64,000 nucleotides of DNA from an uncultured Candidatus Rokubacteria bacterium (GCA_963762145.1 CAVXJS010000010.1:160001-224000); one strand, 5' to 3'. Positions 28,966-39,113 are shown, numbered from the stretch's first letter. Made by a program: numbers and translations. Notes: a model not told the origin generated them from the letters alone.

Positions 28966-29915
28966 GCGGAGCCCCGGAGGCGCGGGTTGGCGAGGAAGTA
29001 GAGCACGTCGGCGCCCAGGTTCAGGAGCACGTACAGGCCCGCCGAGACCAGGACCACCGCCTGCACGACCGCGTAGTCGCGGTTGAACACGCCGTCGACC
29101 AGCAGCTTGCCGAAGCCGGGAATGGCGAAGACCTGCTCGGTGAGCACCGCGCCCGACAGGAGTCGCCCGAACTCGATCGCACCCAGGGTGATGATCGGGA
29201 TCAGCGCGTTGCGGAGCGCGTGCTTCAGCACCACCAGCCGCTCGGGCACGCTCTTGGACCGCGCGGTGCGCACGTAGTCGGCGCCGAGGGTCTGGAGCAT
29301 GGCGCTGCGGGTGTGGCGCATCATGACGCCGGCCACCCCGGTGCCGAGCACGAACGAGGGGAGCAGGATGGTGGTCAGGTTCCGGCGGAGATCCTCCCAC
29401 GGCGGCACGTAGCCCGAGGCGGGCAGCCAGCCCAGGTGCACCGCGAAGAGCAGGATCAGCATGATGCCGAGCCAGAAGTGCGGCACCGAGAGCCCCGACA
29501 GCGCGAGGAGATTGGCCGCGACATCCACCATGGTGCCTTTCCGGACCGCCGAAATGATGCCGGCCGGGATGCCGATCAGGAGCGCGATGGCCATCGAGCA
29601 GAGCGCCAGCTCGATGGTGACCGGCAGCTTCGAGGCGAGCAGCTCGCGCACCGGGATACGGCTGCGCAGCGACTCGCCGAAGTCGCCGCGCAGCACCCGC
29701 CCGAGCCAGATGCCGTACTGCACCGGGATCGGCCGGTCGAGGTGGTACCGGGCGCGGATGGCCGCGACCGCCACCGGGTCGTGCTCCTCGCCCGCCAGCG
29801 CCACCGCCGCGTCGCCCGGCAGGAGCTGCTGGAGCGAGAAGATCAGGATCGAGACGAAGAAGAGCGTCGGCACCAGGACCGCGAGGCGCCGCGCGATGTA
29901 GAGCCAGAGCGCCAA
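28962..29915 (-). CDS. Peptide ABC permease (DppB family)
   Basis: LPGDAA, DYVRTARSK, EQVFAIPGFG. Confidence 0.92.
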   Translation of the reverse strand: MALWLYIARRLAVLVPTLFFVSILIFSLQQLLPGDAAVALAGEEHDPVAVAAIRARYHLDRPIPVQYGIWLGRVLRGDFGESLRSRIPVRELLASKLPVTIELALCSMAIALLIGIPAGIISAVRKGTMVDVAANLLALSGLSVPHFWLGIMLILLFAVHLGWLPASGYVPPWEDLRRNLTTILLPSFVLGTGVAGVMMRHTRSAMLQTLGADYVRTARSKSVPERLVVLKHALRNALIPIITLGAIEFGRLLSGAVLTEQVFAIPGFGKLLVDGVFNRDYAVVQAVVLVSAGLYVLLNLGADVLYFLANPRLRGSA

Positions 29916-29928
29916 TGCGGTCGGCGCC

Positions 29929-31428
29929 TCAGTTCAGCTTGAGGCCACGGAAGCGGATGATCCCGTCGGGGTACGGCGTGAAGCCCTGGACCCGGGCGCT
30001 GAAACCGGTGAACACGCGGCGGTGCCACAGGATGAGCCGCGGCACGTCCTTGGCGATCAGCTCGGTGGCCTGGTCGTAGAGCTTCTTGCGCTCGGCCGGA
30101 TCCGCGACCTGGCGGGCCTTCGTGAGCAGCGCGTCCACGTCGGCGTTGCAGTAGTGCTGGTCGTTCTGCGCGCCCTTGCACGTCATGAACGAGTAGACGT
30201 TGCCGTCGGGGTCGGGCCGGCCGCTCCAGAAGGTGAAGTAGGCCTCGAAGTCGCCCTTGCGCCCCGACTGCAGCATCGTGACGTTCTCCTGGGTCTGGAG
30301 ATTCGCCGTGATGCCCGCCTCCGCCCACATGGCCTGTAGAATGAGCGCCGCCTCCTGCCGGTCGCGCTCCGGGGGCACCACCAGGGTGAAGGTGAGGTTC
30401 GGCTGGCCGGCGTCCTTCAGGAGCTGCCTGGCCTTCGCCACGTCGCGCTTGCCCACCGGGACCTTCTGGTCGTAGTACGGATTCGCCGGGCTGATGAACT
30501 GGTTGCCCGCGATGTACTCGCCGTTGAACACCGTCTTGACCAGGGTTTCACGATCGATCGCCAGGTCGAGGGCCTGGCGTAGCCGCACGTCGGCGAGCGC
30601 CTTGCTCTTCGGGCCGTTGGCGACGTTCAGCGGGATCATCTGGTAGCCGAGCTCGGGCACCCCGACGACCTTCAGCTTGGCGTCGCCGCGGATCTCGGCC
30701 AGGTCGGTGGGCGACACGCGCTCGATCATGTGCAGATCGCCCGAGCGCAGGCTGGCCAGGCGCGAGGTCGAGTCGGTGATGGGCACGAACTCGATGCGGT
30801 CGACGGTGAAGGCGCCCTTGTCCCAGTAGTCGGCCACGCGCTCCACCACGATCTTGCCCTGGGCCACGCGGTGGACGAACTTGTAGGGGCCGGCGCACAC
30901 CGGCTGGGTGCCCAGCTTGTCGCCGAGCGCCTTCGCCGCCTTGGGCGAGACCATCATGCCCGCGCGGTCGGTCAGGGTGGCCAGCAGGGGCACGAGCGGC
31001 TGCGAGAGGTTGAATCGCACCGTGAGGTCGTTCACCACGTCCACGCTGACGATCTCGCCGATCTCCGTCTTGCGGAACGAGCCCGGGGTGTTCTGGTGCC
31101 GCTCGATGTTGAACTTCACCGCCTCCGCGTTGAACGGCTCGCCGTCCTGGAAGCGGACGCCGGGCCGCAGCTTGATCACGATCGACTTGCGGTCCGCCGC
31201 CCACTCGTGGCCGGTGGCCAGCTGGGGCACGATCTTGAGATCGGGCGTGACGTCGAAGAGCTTGTCGCAGAGCGCGGCGAAGACCAGGCGGCCGGTGTAG
31301 GCGCGGCTGATGGTCGGGTCGAGCGCGTCCGGGTCGTCGTTGAGCCCGATGCGGAGCACGCTCTGGGCTTGGGCTGCGCACGGCAGGAGCAGCAGGATCG
31401 CGGTCAGGGCGGTCAGGATGGGTCGCAA
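29929..31428 (-). CDS. Family-5 ABC substrate-binding protein
   Basis: TTG start after a GGAGG RBS; signal peptide; DPDALDP, LRPGVRFQDG, CAGPYKF. Confidence 0.92.
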   Translation of the reverse strand: MRPILTALTAILLLLPCAAQAQSVLRIGLNDDPDALDPTISRAYTGRLVFAALCDKLFDVTPDLKIVPQLATGHEWAADRKSIVIKLRPGVRFQDGEPFNAEAVKFNIERHQNTPGSFRKTEIGEIVSVDVVNDLTVRFNLSQPLVPLLATLTDRAGMMVSPKAAKALGDKLGTQPVCAGPYKFVHRVAQGKIVVERVADYWDKGAFTVDRIEFVPITDSTSRLASLRSGDLHMIERVSPTDLAEIRGDAKLKVVGVPELGYQMIPLNVANGPKSKALADVRLRQALDLAIDRETLVKTVFNGEYIAGNQFISPANPYYDQKVPVGKRDVAKARQLLKDAGQPNLTFTLVVPPERDRQEAALILQAMWAEAGITANLQTQENVTMLQSGRKGDFEAYFTFWSGRPDPDGNVYSFMTCKGAQNDQHYCNADVDALLTKARQVADPAERKKLYDQATELIAKDVPRLILWHRRVFTGFSARVQGFTPYPDGIIRFRGLKLN

Positions 31429-31484
31429 ATGGGCCTCCTGCGACCGGATACTGCGATGCGAGCGGGGTACTGTCAAGACGCCCG

Positions 31485-31503
31485 TGATCGCGGTACTGTA
31501 TGC
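31485..31503. repeat. 19-bp direct repeat, copy 1 (TGATCGCGGTACTGTATGC)
   Basis: Exact match to 32722-32740. Confidence 0.9.
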
Positions 31504-31559
31504 AGCGAGTGAGCCAGCAGCCGGCAGCCAACTTCTCCTAACCCACAGGAGGTGCGTCC

Positions 31560-31781
31560 ATGCCCGTCAAGGTGACCATCCGGCCCAACGGCCCGTATCT
31601 GGTGGAAGGCGAGATCGAGGTGGTAGACGTCGACGGCAACAAGGTCGACACGAGCGCCCGGGGCGCGCGGATCGCGCTGTGCCGGTGTGGGGCCTCGGTC
31701 ACCAAGCCCTTCTGCGACGGGACCCACAGCAAGATCGGCTTCCAGGCCGCGGAAGCGGCTGTCGCCCAGGAAAAGAAGTAG
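31560..31781 (+). CDS. CDGSH iron-sulfur domain protein
   Basis: NGPY...LCRCGASVTKPFCDGTH; AGGAGG RBS. Confidence 0.92.
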   Translation: MPVKVTIRPNGPYLVEGEIEVVDVDGNKVDTSARGARIALCRCGASVTKPFCDGTHSKIGFQAAEAAVAQEKK

Positions 31782-31804
31782 GGCCGCCAGCCGTCCGGGA
31801 GCAC

Positions 31805-32716
31805 ATGAACGAAGCCGCCTGGCCCAGCCTGCCGCTCGCGGAATGGCAGGCGACCCACGACACGCTGCACATGTGGATGCAGGTCGTGGGCAAGACGCGG
31901 CTGGCGCTCGCGCCCCGGCAGAACCACTGGTGGCACGTCCCGTTCTACCTGACGTCCCGGGGGCTGACGACGACCCCGATGCCGTACGGGCTGCGAACGC
32001 TTACCGTCGAGTTCGACTTCGTCGACCACCGGCTCGTGCTCGAGACGAGCGACGGCGCGAGCCGGGCGGCGCCGCTGCGGCCCCAGGCGGTCGCGGAGTT
32101 CTACCGGGAGTACCAGGGCCTGCTGGGCGAGCTCGGGGTCACCGTGAGGCTCTGGCCCGTGCCCGTCGAGGTGGAGCAGCCGATTCCGTTTCTCGAGGAC
32201 CGGACTCACGCCTCGTACGAGCCCGGGCAGGCCCAGCGGTTCTTCCGGATGCTGTCGCACGCCGATCGGATCCTCAAGCGCTTCGCCGGGCGCTTCCTGG
32301 GCAAGTCGAGCCCCGTGCACTTCTTCTGGGGTGCCTTCGATCTCGCGCTCACGCGGTTCTCCGGCCGGCGCGCGCCCGAGCACGATGCGAGCGAGTGGTG
32401 GGTGCTCCGGGAGGCGAACTCCCACGAGGAGATCAGCCTCGGGTTCTGGCCCGGAAGCGGCGCGGTGCCGGAGCCGGCGTTCTACGCGTACGCGCGCCCC
32501 GAGCCGCCGGGCCTGGCCGATGCCGCCATCTCGCCCGTCGGGGCGTACTACCAGCGCCAGCTCGCCGATTTCATCCTGCCGTACGAAGCCGTGCGCGGAG
32601 CCGCGTCGCCGGACGCGGCGGTGCTGGAGTTCTACCAGAGCGCGTACGACCGGGCCGCCACCCTGGCGCGGTGGGATCGCGCGGCGCTGGACCGGCCACC
32701 GGCCGAATGGCCCTGA
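31805..32716 (+). CDS. DUF5996-family protein
   Basis: WPSLP..W..T.DTLHMW.Q.VGK.RL, NHWWH, GKSSPVHFFWGAFDLA.TRFSGR, GFWPG. Confidence 0.8.
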   Translation: MNEAAWPSLPLAEWQATHDTLHMWMQVVGKTRLALAPRQNHWWHVPFYLTSRGLTTTPMPYGLRTLTVEFDFVDHRLVLETSDGASRAAPLRPQAVAEFYREYQGLLGELGVTVRLWPVPVEVEQPIPFLEDRTHASYEPGQAQRFFRMLSHADRILKRFAGRFLGKSSPVHFFWGAFDLALTRFSGRRAPEHDASEWWVLREANSHEEISLGFWPGSGAVPEPAFYAYARPEPPGLADAAISPVGAYYQRQLADFILPYEAVRGAASPDAAVLEFYQSAYDRAATLARWDRAALDRPPAEWP

Positions 32717-32721
32717 TCGGC

Positions 32722-32740
32722 TGATCGCGGTACTGTATGC
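32722..32740. repeat. 19-bp direct repeat, copy 2
   Basis: Exact match to 31485-31503. Confidence 0.9.
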
Positions 32741-32797
32741 GGCGCGCGGCCCCCTGAGCGGGCCCGCGACACGGGCCAGACCACGAGGAGCGATCGC

Positions 32798-33685
32798 ATG
32801 CCACGGATCATCGACATGGAGTGCAGCGTGCCGTACGGAGCGAACGCGGCGGCGAAGGCCGCGGCACCGGAGCCGGCCGCGGCGGGGGCCACGGCGCAGC
32901 CCGGGTACGGCATGGCCAACTACGGCCGGATCTTCCGCTCCCGCCGCGAAGGCGCCGATCATCGGCCGGAGGGCGATCTGGACGCCTATATGAAGCACAT
33001 TGCCACGCTCGGCATCGTGCGCTCGGTGCCGTTCGGTCTGCCCAACTCGGAGACGACGGAGCTCATGCGGCGGTTCCCCGGCCGCTTCATCGGGCTGGCC
33101 CGCATCAGCGTCATCGAGCACAAGGGCATGAGCGGGGTGCGGGAGCTCGAGCGCCTGGTGCGCGAGGAGGGCTTCAGCGCCCTCGGCATCTCCGCGCTGG
33201 TCGACTGCCTCCCGGCGAGCGACCGGCGCTACTACCCGCTCTACACCAAGGCGGCCGAGCTCGACATCCCGGTGCGCATCTACTCCTCGATGAACTACGC
33301 CAACGACCGGCCCTACGACCTCGGCCATCCGCGCAATCTCGACCAGGTCGCGATGGACTTCCCCGAGCTCAAGATCATCGGCGGGCTCGGCGGCTGGCCC
33401 TGGGTGAACGAGATGGTCGCGCTGGTGCGGCGGCATCCGAACCTGCACCTCGATACCTCCGCGCATCGCGCGCGGTACCTCGGCCAGCCGGGCTCGGGCT
33501 GGGAGATGCTGATCCAGTTCGGCAACACCCTGATCCAGGACAAGGTGATGGTCGGTCTGTCGGCCGGGCTGGTCGGGCAGCCGTACGAGACGCTGATCCA
33601 GGAATATCTCGGGCTGCCGCTGAAGGACGCGGTCAAGGAGAAGTGGCTCTACGGCAACGCGGCCCGCGTCTTCGGGCTGGCGTGA
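32798..33685 (+). CDS. Amidohydrolase_2-family protein
   Basis: YYPLYTKAAELDIPV, DFPELKII..GGWPW, LDTSA, LYGNAARVF; canonical metal-binding His residues appear to be replaced. Confidence 0.8.
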   Translation: MPRIIDMECSVPYGANAAAKAAAPEPAAAGATAQPGYGMANYGRIFRSRREGADHRPEGDLDAYMKHIATLGIVRSVPFGLPNSETTELMRRFPGRFIGLARISVIEHKGMSGVRELERLVREEGFSALGISALVDCLPASDRRYYPLYTKAAELDIPVRIYSSMNYANDRPYDLGHPRNLDQVAMDFPELKIIGGLGGWPWVNEMVALVRRHPNLHLDTSAHRARYLGQPGSGWEMLIQFGNTLIQDKVMVGLSAGLVGQPYETLIQEYLGLPLKDAVKEKWLYGNAARVFGLA

Positions 33686-33692
33686 GGCGGCC

Positions 33693-36044
33693 ATGACGGA
33701 CGCGGTCACGCTGCCGGACGCCGGGCGCGGCGGCGCGCTCGCCGGGCTCGTCGTCGTCGAGCTGGGGCACACGCCGGCCGGCGAGCTGGCGGGTGGGCTG
33801 CTCGCCGATCTCGGGGCCACCGTCATCAAGATCGAGCCGTCCGGCGGCTCGCCCATGCGACAGCGCGGCCCCGGGCTCCCCGGGGAGGACGCGCTCGCCT
33901 TCCAGTCGGAGAATCGCGGCAAGTACTCGGTGCGGGCCGAGCTGGGCGTGCTCGCCTCCGAGCCCTGGCTCGCGCGGCTCCTGGCGACCGCCGACGCGCT
34001 GATCGAGGACCTGGGGCCGGGGCAGCTCGAGGCGGCCGGGCTCTCGCCGGCGGAGCTCGAGCGCCGCAACCCGCGGCTCGTCACCCTGCGCATCTCGCCC
34101 TTCGGCCAGACCGGGCCGCTGGCGGCCGAGCGCGGCGACGACCGCATCGCCCAGGCCTTCTCCGGCGTGCAGTTCGTGACCGGGTTCCCGGATCGCGCGC
34201 CGCTGCCGGTCACGGTGCCGCTGGCCGAGAGCTGGACCGCCATCCACGGCGCGAGCGGGCTCCTGATGGCGGTCTTCCACGCCCGACGCAGCGGGCACGG
34301 GCAGGTCGTGGATCTCGGCCTCTACCAGACCGCGCTGCGGATGCAGGAGGAGGTCGTCGTCCGCCACGATCGGAGCGGGGCGGTGGCCGAGCGCCTCGGC
34401 ACCGAGTCGCCCATCGTGGTCCCGGCGAACGTGTACCGGACGCGCGACGGCGGATGGATCGCGGTCTCCGGCGCGGGCGACCAGCCCTTCGCCCGCCTCT
34501 GCGAGGCGATCGACGCGCCCGACGCGCCCAAGGATCCGCGCTTTGCCACTCCCGCCGCGCGGCTCTAGAACCGGCCGGCCTCCGACGAGCTGGTGGGTTC
34601 CTGGATCGCCCGGCACGACCACGCCGACGTCGAGGCCCGCTTCGCGAAGGTCGGCGTGGCGGGCACCGCGGTCCGCTCTGCCGACGACATCATCGCGGAC
34701 CCGCACGTGAAGGCGCGCGAGGCCATCCTGCGCCTCACGTCTGCGACCGGCCAGGAGTTCCTCGCTCCCGCGCCCGTGCCGATGCTCACCCGGACGCCGG
34801 TCTCGAGCCCGCGACGCGCCCCGAAGCTCGGCGAGCACACCGAGGCCGTGCGGTCGGCGATCGAGCGGATCGAGGCCCGGGCGCGAGTCGAGGCGCCGGA
34901 ACCGGCGGCATCCGAGGCGGCCTCCGAGTGGGGCCCCCTGCGCGGGCTCCGCGTGCTCGACCTCTCGCAGTGGCTGGCGGGCCCGGCCGCCGCCGCCCTG
35001 CTCGGCGACTTCGGCGCCGACGTGATCATGGTCGAGCTGCCGAGCGTCGCCGCGGACGCGCAGGGCCGCAAGAGCCCGGGCTTCGTGGTCACCAACCGCA
35101 ACAAGCGCAGCATCACGCTCGACGTGCGCGCCCCCGGCGGCCGCGAGGCGTTCCTCGCCCTGGCCGCGGCGAGCGACGTGATCGTGGAGAACTTCCGGCC
35201 CGGCACGCTCGAGCGCTGGAACCTCGCGCCCGCCACGCTCCTGGCGGTCAACCCGCGCCTCGTGCTCCTGCGCTCCTCCGGGTTCGGGCAGACCGGGCCG
35301 TACACCGCGCGCGCCGCGTTCAACCCGGTCGGTCTGGCCTTCGGCGGGCTCACCTACCTGAACGGCTGGCCGGACCGGCCGCCGCTCCGCGACGGGGTCA
35401 TGGCCGGCGACTACACGACGGCGCTCTTCAACGTGCTGGGCATGATGGCGGCGCTGCTGCGGCGCGACGTGGACGGTCAGGGGCAGGTGGTGGACACCGC
35501 CATGTTCCAGGCCGCGCTCCGGCTGACCGGTGATCTCCTGGCGGTGCGCAGCGCGCTCGGCCTCCGTCGCGAGCGCGCCGGCGGCGCGTCGCCGCTCTAT
35601 CCCGTCGGGATCACCGTCGAGGCCGCCGACGGCCGCTTCGTGGCGATATCGGCCCCGGCCTGGCCCGACGTCTCGGACGCGCTCGCGCGCCTGGGCCGGC
35701 GGCCGCCCCCGGATCGCGACGGTGTCCTGGAGGACGTGGCCAAGCTGGTCGGCACGCTGCCCGGTGCCGAAGCGGTGTCCACGCTGCGCGGAGCCGGCCT
35801 CGCCGCGAGCGCGGTCAACTCGGTGGCCGACCTCGTCCGCGAGCCGCATTGCTGGAGCCGCGGCGATCTGCTGCGGCTCGCCCATCCGGAGATGGGCGAG
35901 ATCGTCACCCAGGGGATCGTGCCGTCGCTCTCGCGCACCCCGGGCCGGGTGGCCGGCTGGTCGCGACAGCCGGGATCCGACAACGACGCCGTCCTCGGAG
36001 GGCTCCTGGGTTACACGACGGCGCGGATACTGGAGCTCGGATGA
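33693..36044 (+). CDS. Tandem-domain class III CoA-transferase (CaiB/BaiF) interrupted by one in-frame TAG at 34566-34568
   Basis: Two CaiB repeats (LAGLVVVEL..ADLGATVIKIE and LRGLRVLDL..NRNKRSITLD..ENFRPG); both ORFs are in the same frame. Confidence 0.82.
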
Positions 36045-36077
36045 CGTCCTGACCGCTGCGGCGGCTCCGCGACCAGG

Positions 36078-37244
36078 TCAGCGGCCCAGGGGGACGTCGC
36101 GCAGCCGGAGCGTGAACGGTGCGGCCACCGCGCAGAGCAGGGCCATCACCAGGAACGCCTCCGCGCCCAGCCTTGCGTAGAGCCCGCCCGACGCCAGCGT
36201 GAGCAGCCCCGTGGTCACCGCCGCCCCGAGCGCGTACGTCGCCTGGGCCGTCGCGGCCAGATGTCGGGGCACGATCGCCGCGATGAGGCGCATGCAGGCG
36301 AGATGGAGCGCCGCGAACGTGAGCCCGTGGAGAGGCTGCGCGAGCGCGAGGACCACGAGCTCGGTGGTCAGCGCCATGGCCACCCAGCGCAGCACGCCGG
36401 CGCCGGCGGCGAGCGCGATGACGCCGGCCGGGCTCAGACGCGCCACGAGCCAGGGCCCGATCGCGAAGAACACGACGACCTCGGCGGCCACCGATTCCGA
36501 CCACAGCACGCTGGCCATGGACGGAGTGACGCCCGCCGCCCGCCAGCGGATGACCGCGAACGCGTCGTGCATCGCGTGGCTGCCGAGCACGAGTGCTGAG
36601 ACCAGCATCACGTAGCGGAACGGACGCAGACCGAGGAGCTCGCGCACGCCGCCCGGAGGAGGGTGCGCGGGCGCCGCGGTCGGGCGCTCTGGGCGGGCGA
36701 GGTCGGGCAGCCGCATGCCCGCGCCGGCCGCGCCGAGGAGCAGCGCCGCGTGCAAGACGACGATCGAGGGGAGCCCCCAGGCGCCGACCACCTGTCCACT
36801 GAGCAGCGTGCCCACGATGAACGCCGCCGAGCCCGTTCCGCGGGCCCACCCGTACTCGAACCGGGCCGCCGAGCCGCGGGGCCGGGCGACGGCCAGCGCG
36901 ATGGCATCGGCGAGCGTCGTGATGGGCGCCAGCGCAGCCGCGTGGAACGCGTTGATCGTCAACAGCAGCCAGAAGCCCGACGCCGGCAGCAGGCCGAGCG
37001 CGACCAGCGCGGCCAGCGCCGTGCAGATCACGAGGACGGCGCGCAGCGCCTGCGTGAGGTCCGCGAGCCGTCCGCACAGGGGTCCGGAGACCAGGCGGAC
37101 CGCGGTGCCGGCGGCGAACAGGATCCCGAGCTGCTCGGGCCCGAGACCGCGCCCCTCGAGGAACGCCGGCATGAACGGCGACGAGACCCCGAAGGCCGCG
37201 TACATCAGCGCGTACAGAGCGATGACCCGAGCGGGTGCGCTCAT
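36078..37244 (-). CDS. MFS transporter (HcaT/MFS_1-like)
   Basis: 12-TM pattern; YGWARGTGS, QPLHGLTFAALH. Confidence 0.85.
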   Translation of the reverse strand: MSAPARVIALYALMYAAFGVSSPFMPAFLEGRGLGPEQLGILFAAGTAVRLVSGPLCGRLADLTQALRAVLVICTALAALVALGLLPASGFWLLLTINAFHAAALAPITTLADAIALAVARPRGSAARFEYGWARGTGSAAFIVGTLLSGQVVGAWGLPSIVVLHAALLLGAAGAGMRLPDLARPERPTAAPAHPPPGGVRELLGLRPFRYVMLVSALVLGSHAMHDAFAVIRWRAAGVTPSMASVLWSESVAAEVVVFFAIGPWLVARLSPAGVIALAAGAGVLRWVAMALTTELVVLALAQPLHGLTFAALHLACMRLIAAIVPRHLAATAQATYALGAAVTTGLLTLASGGLYARLGAEAFLVMALLCAVAAPFTLRLRDVPLGR

Positions 37245-37269
37245 CTACCGAGATGGTATCGCCGCGAGC

Positions 37270-37285
37270 TGGCACCGCGGTTGCT
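37270..37285 (+). promoter_or_regulatory. sigma-54 promoter (TGGCAC-CGCGG-TTGCT)
   Basis: Near-perfect -24/-12 consensus about 50 bp upstream of the 37333 ATG. Confidence 0.75.
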
Positions 37286-37332
37286 TTCCCGAGGGGCGTG
37301 GTGTCAATGCGATCCCAGGGAAGGAGACGGAC

Positions 37333-37833
37333 ATGATGCCGGAGAAGGCCACGGTGGAGCGAGCCGAGGAGGACAAGCGCGAGGGGAAGGCCCCGTCGAC
37401 GCAGGCGGGTGAGTTCGTGCGCGAGGAGATGCACCACGTCCGCGAGGGCAAGCACGGGGTGCGGTCCCCCGAGCAGGCGATCGCGATCGGCCTCTCGAAG
37501 GCGCGACGGGCCGGAGTGAATCTCCGGGCGCCGAAGAAGGGGAAGGCGTCGGCGAAGACGCGCCGCGATGCGAAACAGGCGCTGAAGCGTGGGCGGAAGG
37601 GGAAGAAGCCGTCGCCGGCGCGTTCGCGCGCGGCTCACGCGGCGCTGGAGCGCGAGGGACGCTCGGCCGCCTCGAGCGCGGCGGTGGGCCGCCACGCCCG
37701 TGCTGCCGCGCGCCGGCGCGGCCCCCGCGCCCGCGCGGCGGCGGCCGACAAGGCGGTCCGGACCAAGGGCCCGCGTCGCCGCTCCGCGGCGGCACGGAAG
37801 GCGGCGCGGACGCGCGCCCGCTCGGGGCGCTGA
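37333..37833 (+). CDS. Basic K/R/A-rich putative DNA-binding protein (DUF6496-like)
   Basis: STQAGEFVREE...QAIAIGLSKARRAG followed by a histone-like tail; AAGGAG RBS. Confidence 0.8.
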   Translation: MMPEKATVERAEEDKREGKAPSTQAGEFVREEMHHVREGKHGVRSPEQAIAIGLSKARRAGVNLRAPKKGKASAKTRRDAKQALKRGRKGKKPSPARSRAAHAALEREGRSAASSAAVGRHARAAARRRGPRARAAAADKAVRTKGPRRRSAAARKAARTRARSGR

Positions 37834-37936
37834 GGGACGGCGCCGAGTACGTTCTTACCCGGTAGGATCGCGCCGGTGGGTTTTCTTGCCGACCGCCGGC
37901 GCGACACCACTTCGTCAAAGAGAACAGGAGGTCCGC

Positions 37937-38089
37937 ATGATCCGCCAGCTCCCTTCCGGTGAGTACCGGCTCTATTCCCGCAAGAAGAATCCGCGCACGG
38001 GACGCCGCCGCAACCTGGGCACGTTCAAGACGCGCGCGGCCGCCCTGCGTCACGAGCGGGCGGTGCAGTTCTTCAAGCGCGCGGGCTGA
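37937..38089 (+). CDS. Small basic hypothetical protein (50 aa)
   Basis: MIRQLPSGEYRLYSRKKNPRTGRRRNLGTF...ERAVQFFKR; AGGAGG RBS. Confidence 0.75.
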   Translation: MIRQLPSGEYRLYSRKKNPRTGRRRNLGTFKTRAAALRHERAVQFFKRAG

Positions 38090-38095
38090 GGGCGC

Positions 38096-38896
38096 TCAGC
38101 CCCGGCCGGACTTCTCCACCGCGCCGCGATCTTGTAGATAGCGGGCGACGAGCCAGCAGATCAGCGCCCAGACCAGGCCGGCGCACCAGCCGGCCAGGAC
38201 GTCGGTCGGGTAGTGGACGCCCAGATAGACGCGGCTGCTCCCGATCAGGAACGTGGTGAGCAGGGCCACGGTGAGGACGTACACCTTGGTCCGGCGCCGC
38301 GCCGCGAAGCGAGCGAGCAGGGCGCCCAGGGTGAGGTACAGGATCGCGCCCAGCATGGAATGCCCGCTCGGGAAGCTCGGGGAGCTCACGGCGACCAGGT
38401 GCGGGACGACGTCGGGCCGGCCGCGGGCGAAGAGCTCCTTCATGAGCGTGCTGAGCAATCCGCCGCCCCCCACCGCCACCGTCACGAACACCGCGGCGCC
38501 GTGCTTCCGCTCCAGGACGAGGTATCCGAGCGCGAACAGCGTCACGGCCACCAGGATCGAGCGGCCACCGAGGGCCGTGATGTCGTGCGCCGCCTCCGCG
38601 ACCCACGCCGGGCCGATGGGCACGTGCGGCTGACCGGGGATCCGGAGCAGGCCGAGGAGCCACTCGTCGAGATCGCCCAGCTCGCCCGCGGCGAGCTCCT
38701 CCGCGATCTTGAAGAAGGCGAACAGCGCCAGCAGCACGCCCAGCACCGCCACGAGCACGGAGGCTTCCTGACGGAGGAGCCAGCGCACCCCGGTCTCGAC
38801 GCCGTGACGAACGGCGCGCACGGTCTGCCGCGCGCCGTGGACGTGCCGGCGGCGCCGCTCCTGGTGACCGCTGGTCGGGCTAGCGCTCGATTTCAC
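38096..38896 (-). CDS. PAP2-family membrane phosphatase
   Basis: K..F.R.RP, SFPSGH, SRVYLGVHYPTDV. Confidence 0.92.
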   Translation of the reverse strand: MKSSASPTSGHQERRRRHVHGARQTVRAVRHGVETGVRWLLRQEASVLVAVLGVLLALFAFFKIAEELAAGELGDLDEWLLGLLRIPGQPHVPIGPAWVAEAAHDITALGGRSILVAVTLFALGYLVLERKHGAAVFVTVAVGGGGLLSTLMKELFARGRPDVVPHLVAVSSPSFPSGHSMLGAILYLTLGALLARFAARRRTKVYVLTVALLTTFLIGSSRVYLGVHYPTDVLAGWCAGLVWALICWLVARYLQDRGAVEKSGRG

Positions 38897-39073
38897 GTGG
38901 TCCCGCCCTTCGCCCCATCGTAAATGATGCCGTCGCGGATGCTAGCCGGAGCGCCGGCTCGAGGGCGCAGGTTACCTGGGTGCGAGTAAGTCTTACCGGT
39001 TGCACCCCGACTGCCTCCGCGAGCGCTCGCTGAAAGTGTTCGACTTTGTGAGGCTCGGGCTGCCACGGCATCG

Positions 39074-39088
39074 TGGCACAGTGATTGC
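39074..39088 (+). promoter_or_regulatory. sigma-54 promoter (TGGCAC-AGTGA-TTGC)
   Basis: Consensus match upstream of the lipoprotein gene. Confidence 0.75.
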
Positions 39089-39113
39089 CTGCCAGAGCGG
39101 CGAGGAGGCGTCC

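Noticed and set aside
31494-31512. E. coli-type LexA box (TACTGTATG...)
   Set aside because: Only the left half-site is present; there is no matching CAG at the CTG-N10-CAG position in either copy.
34566-34568. Pyrrolysine recoding of the in-frame TAG
   Set aside because: No pyl genes are in the window, the position is a non-catalytic helix, and TAG serves as a normal stop in many genes here.
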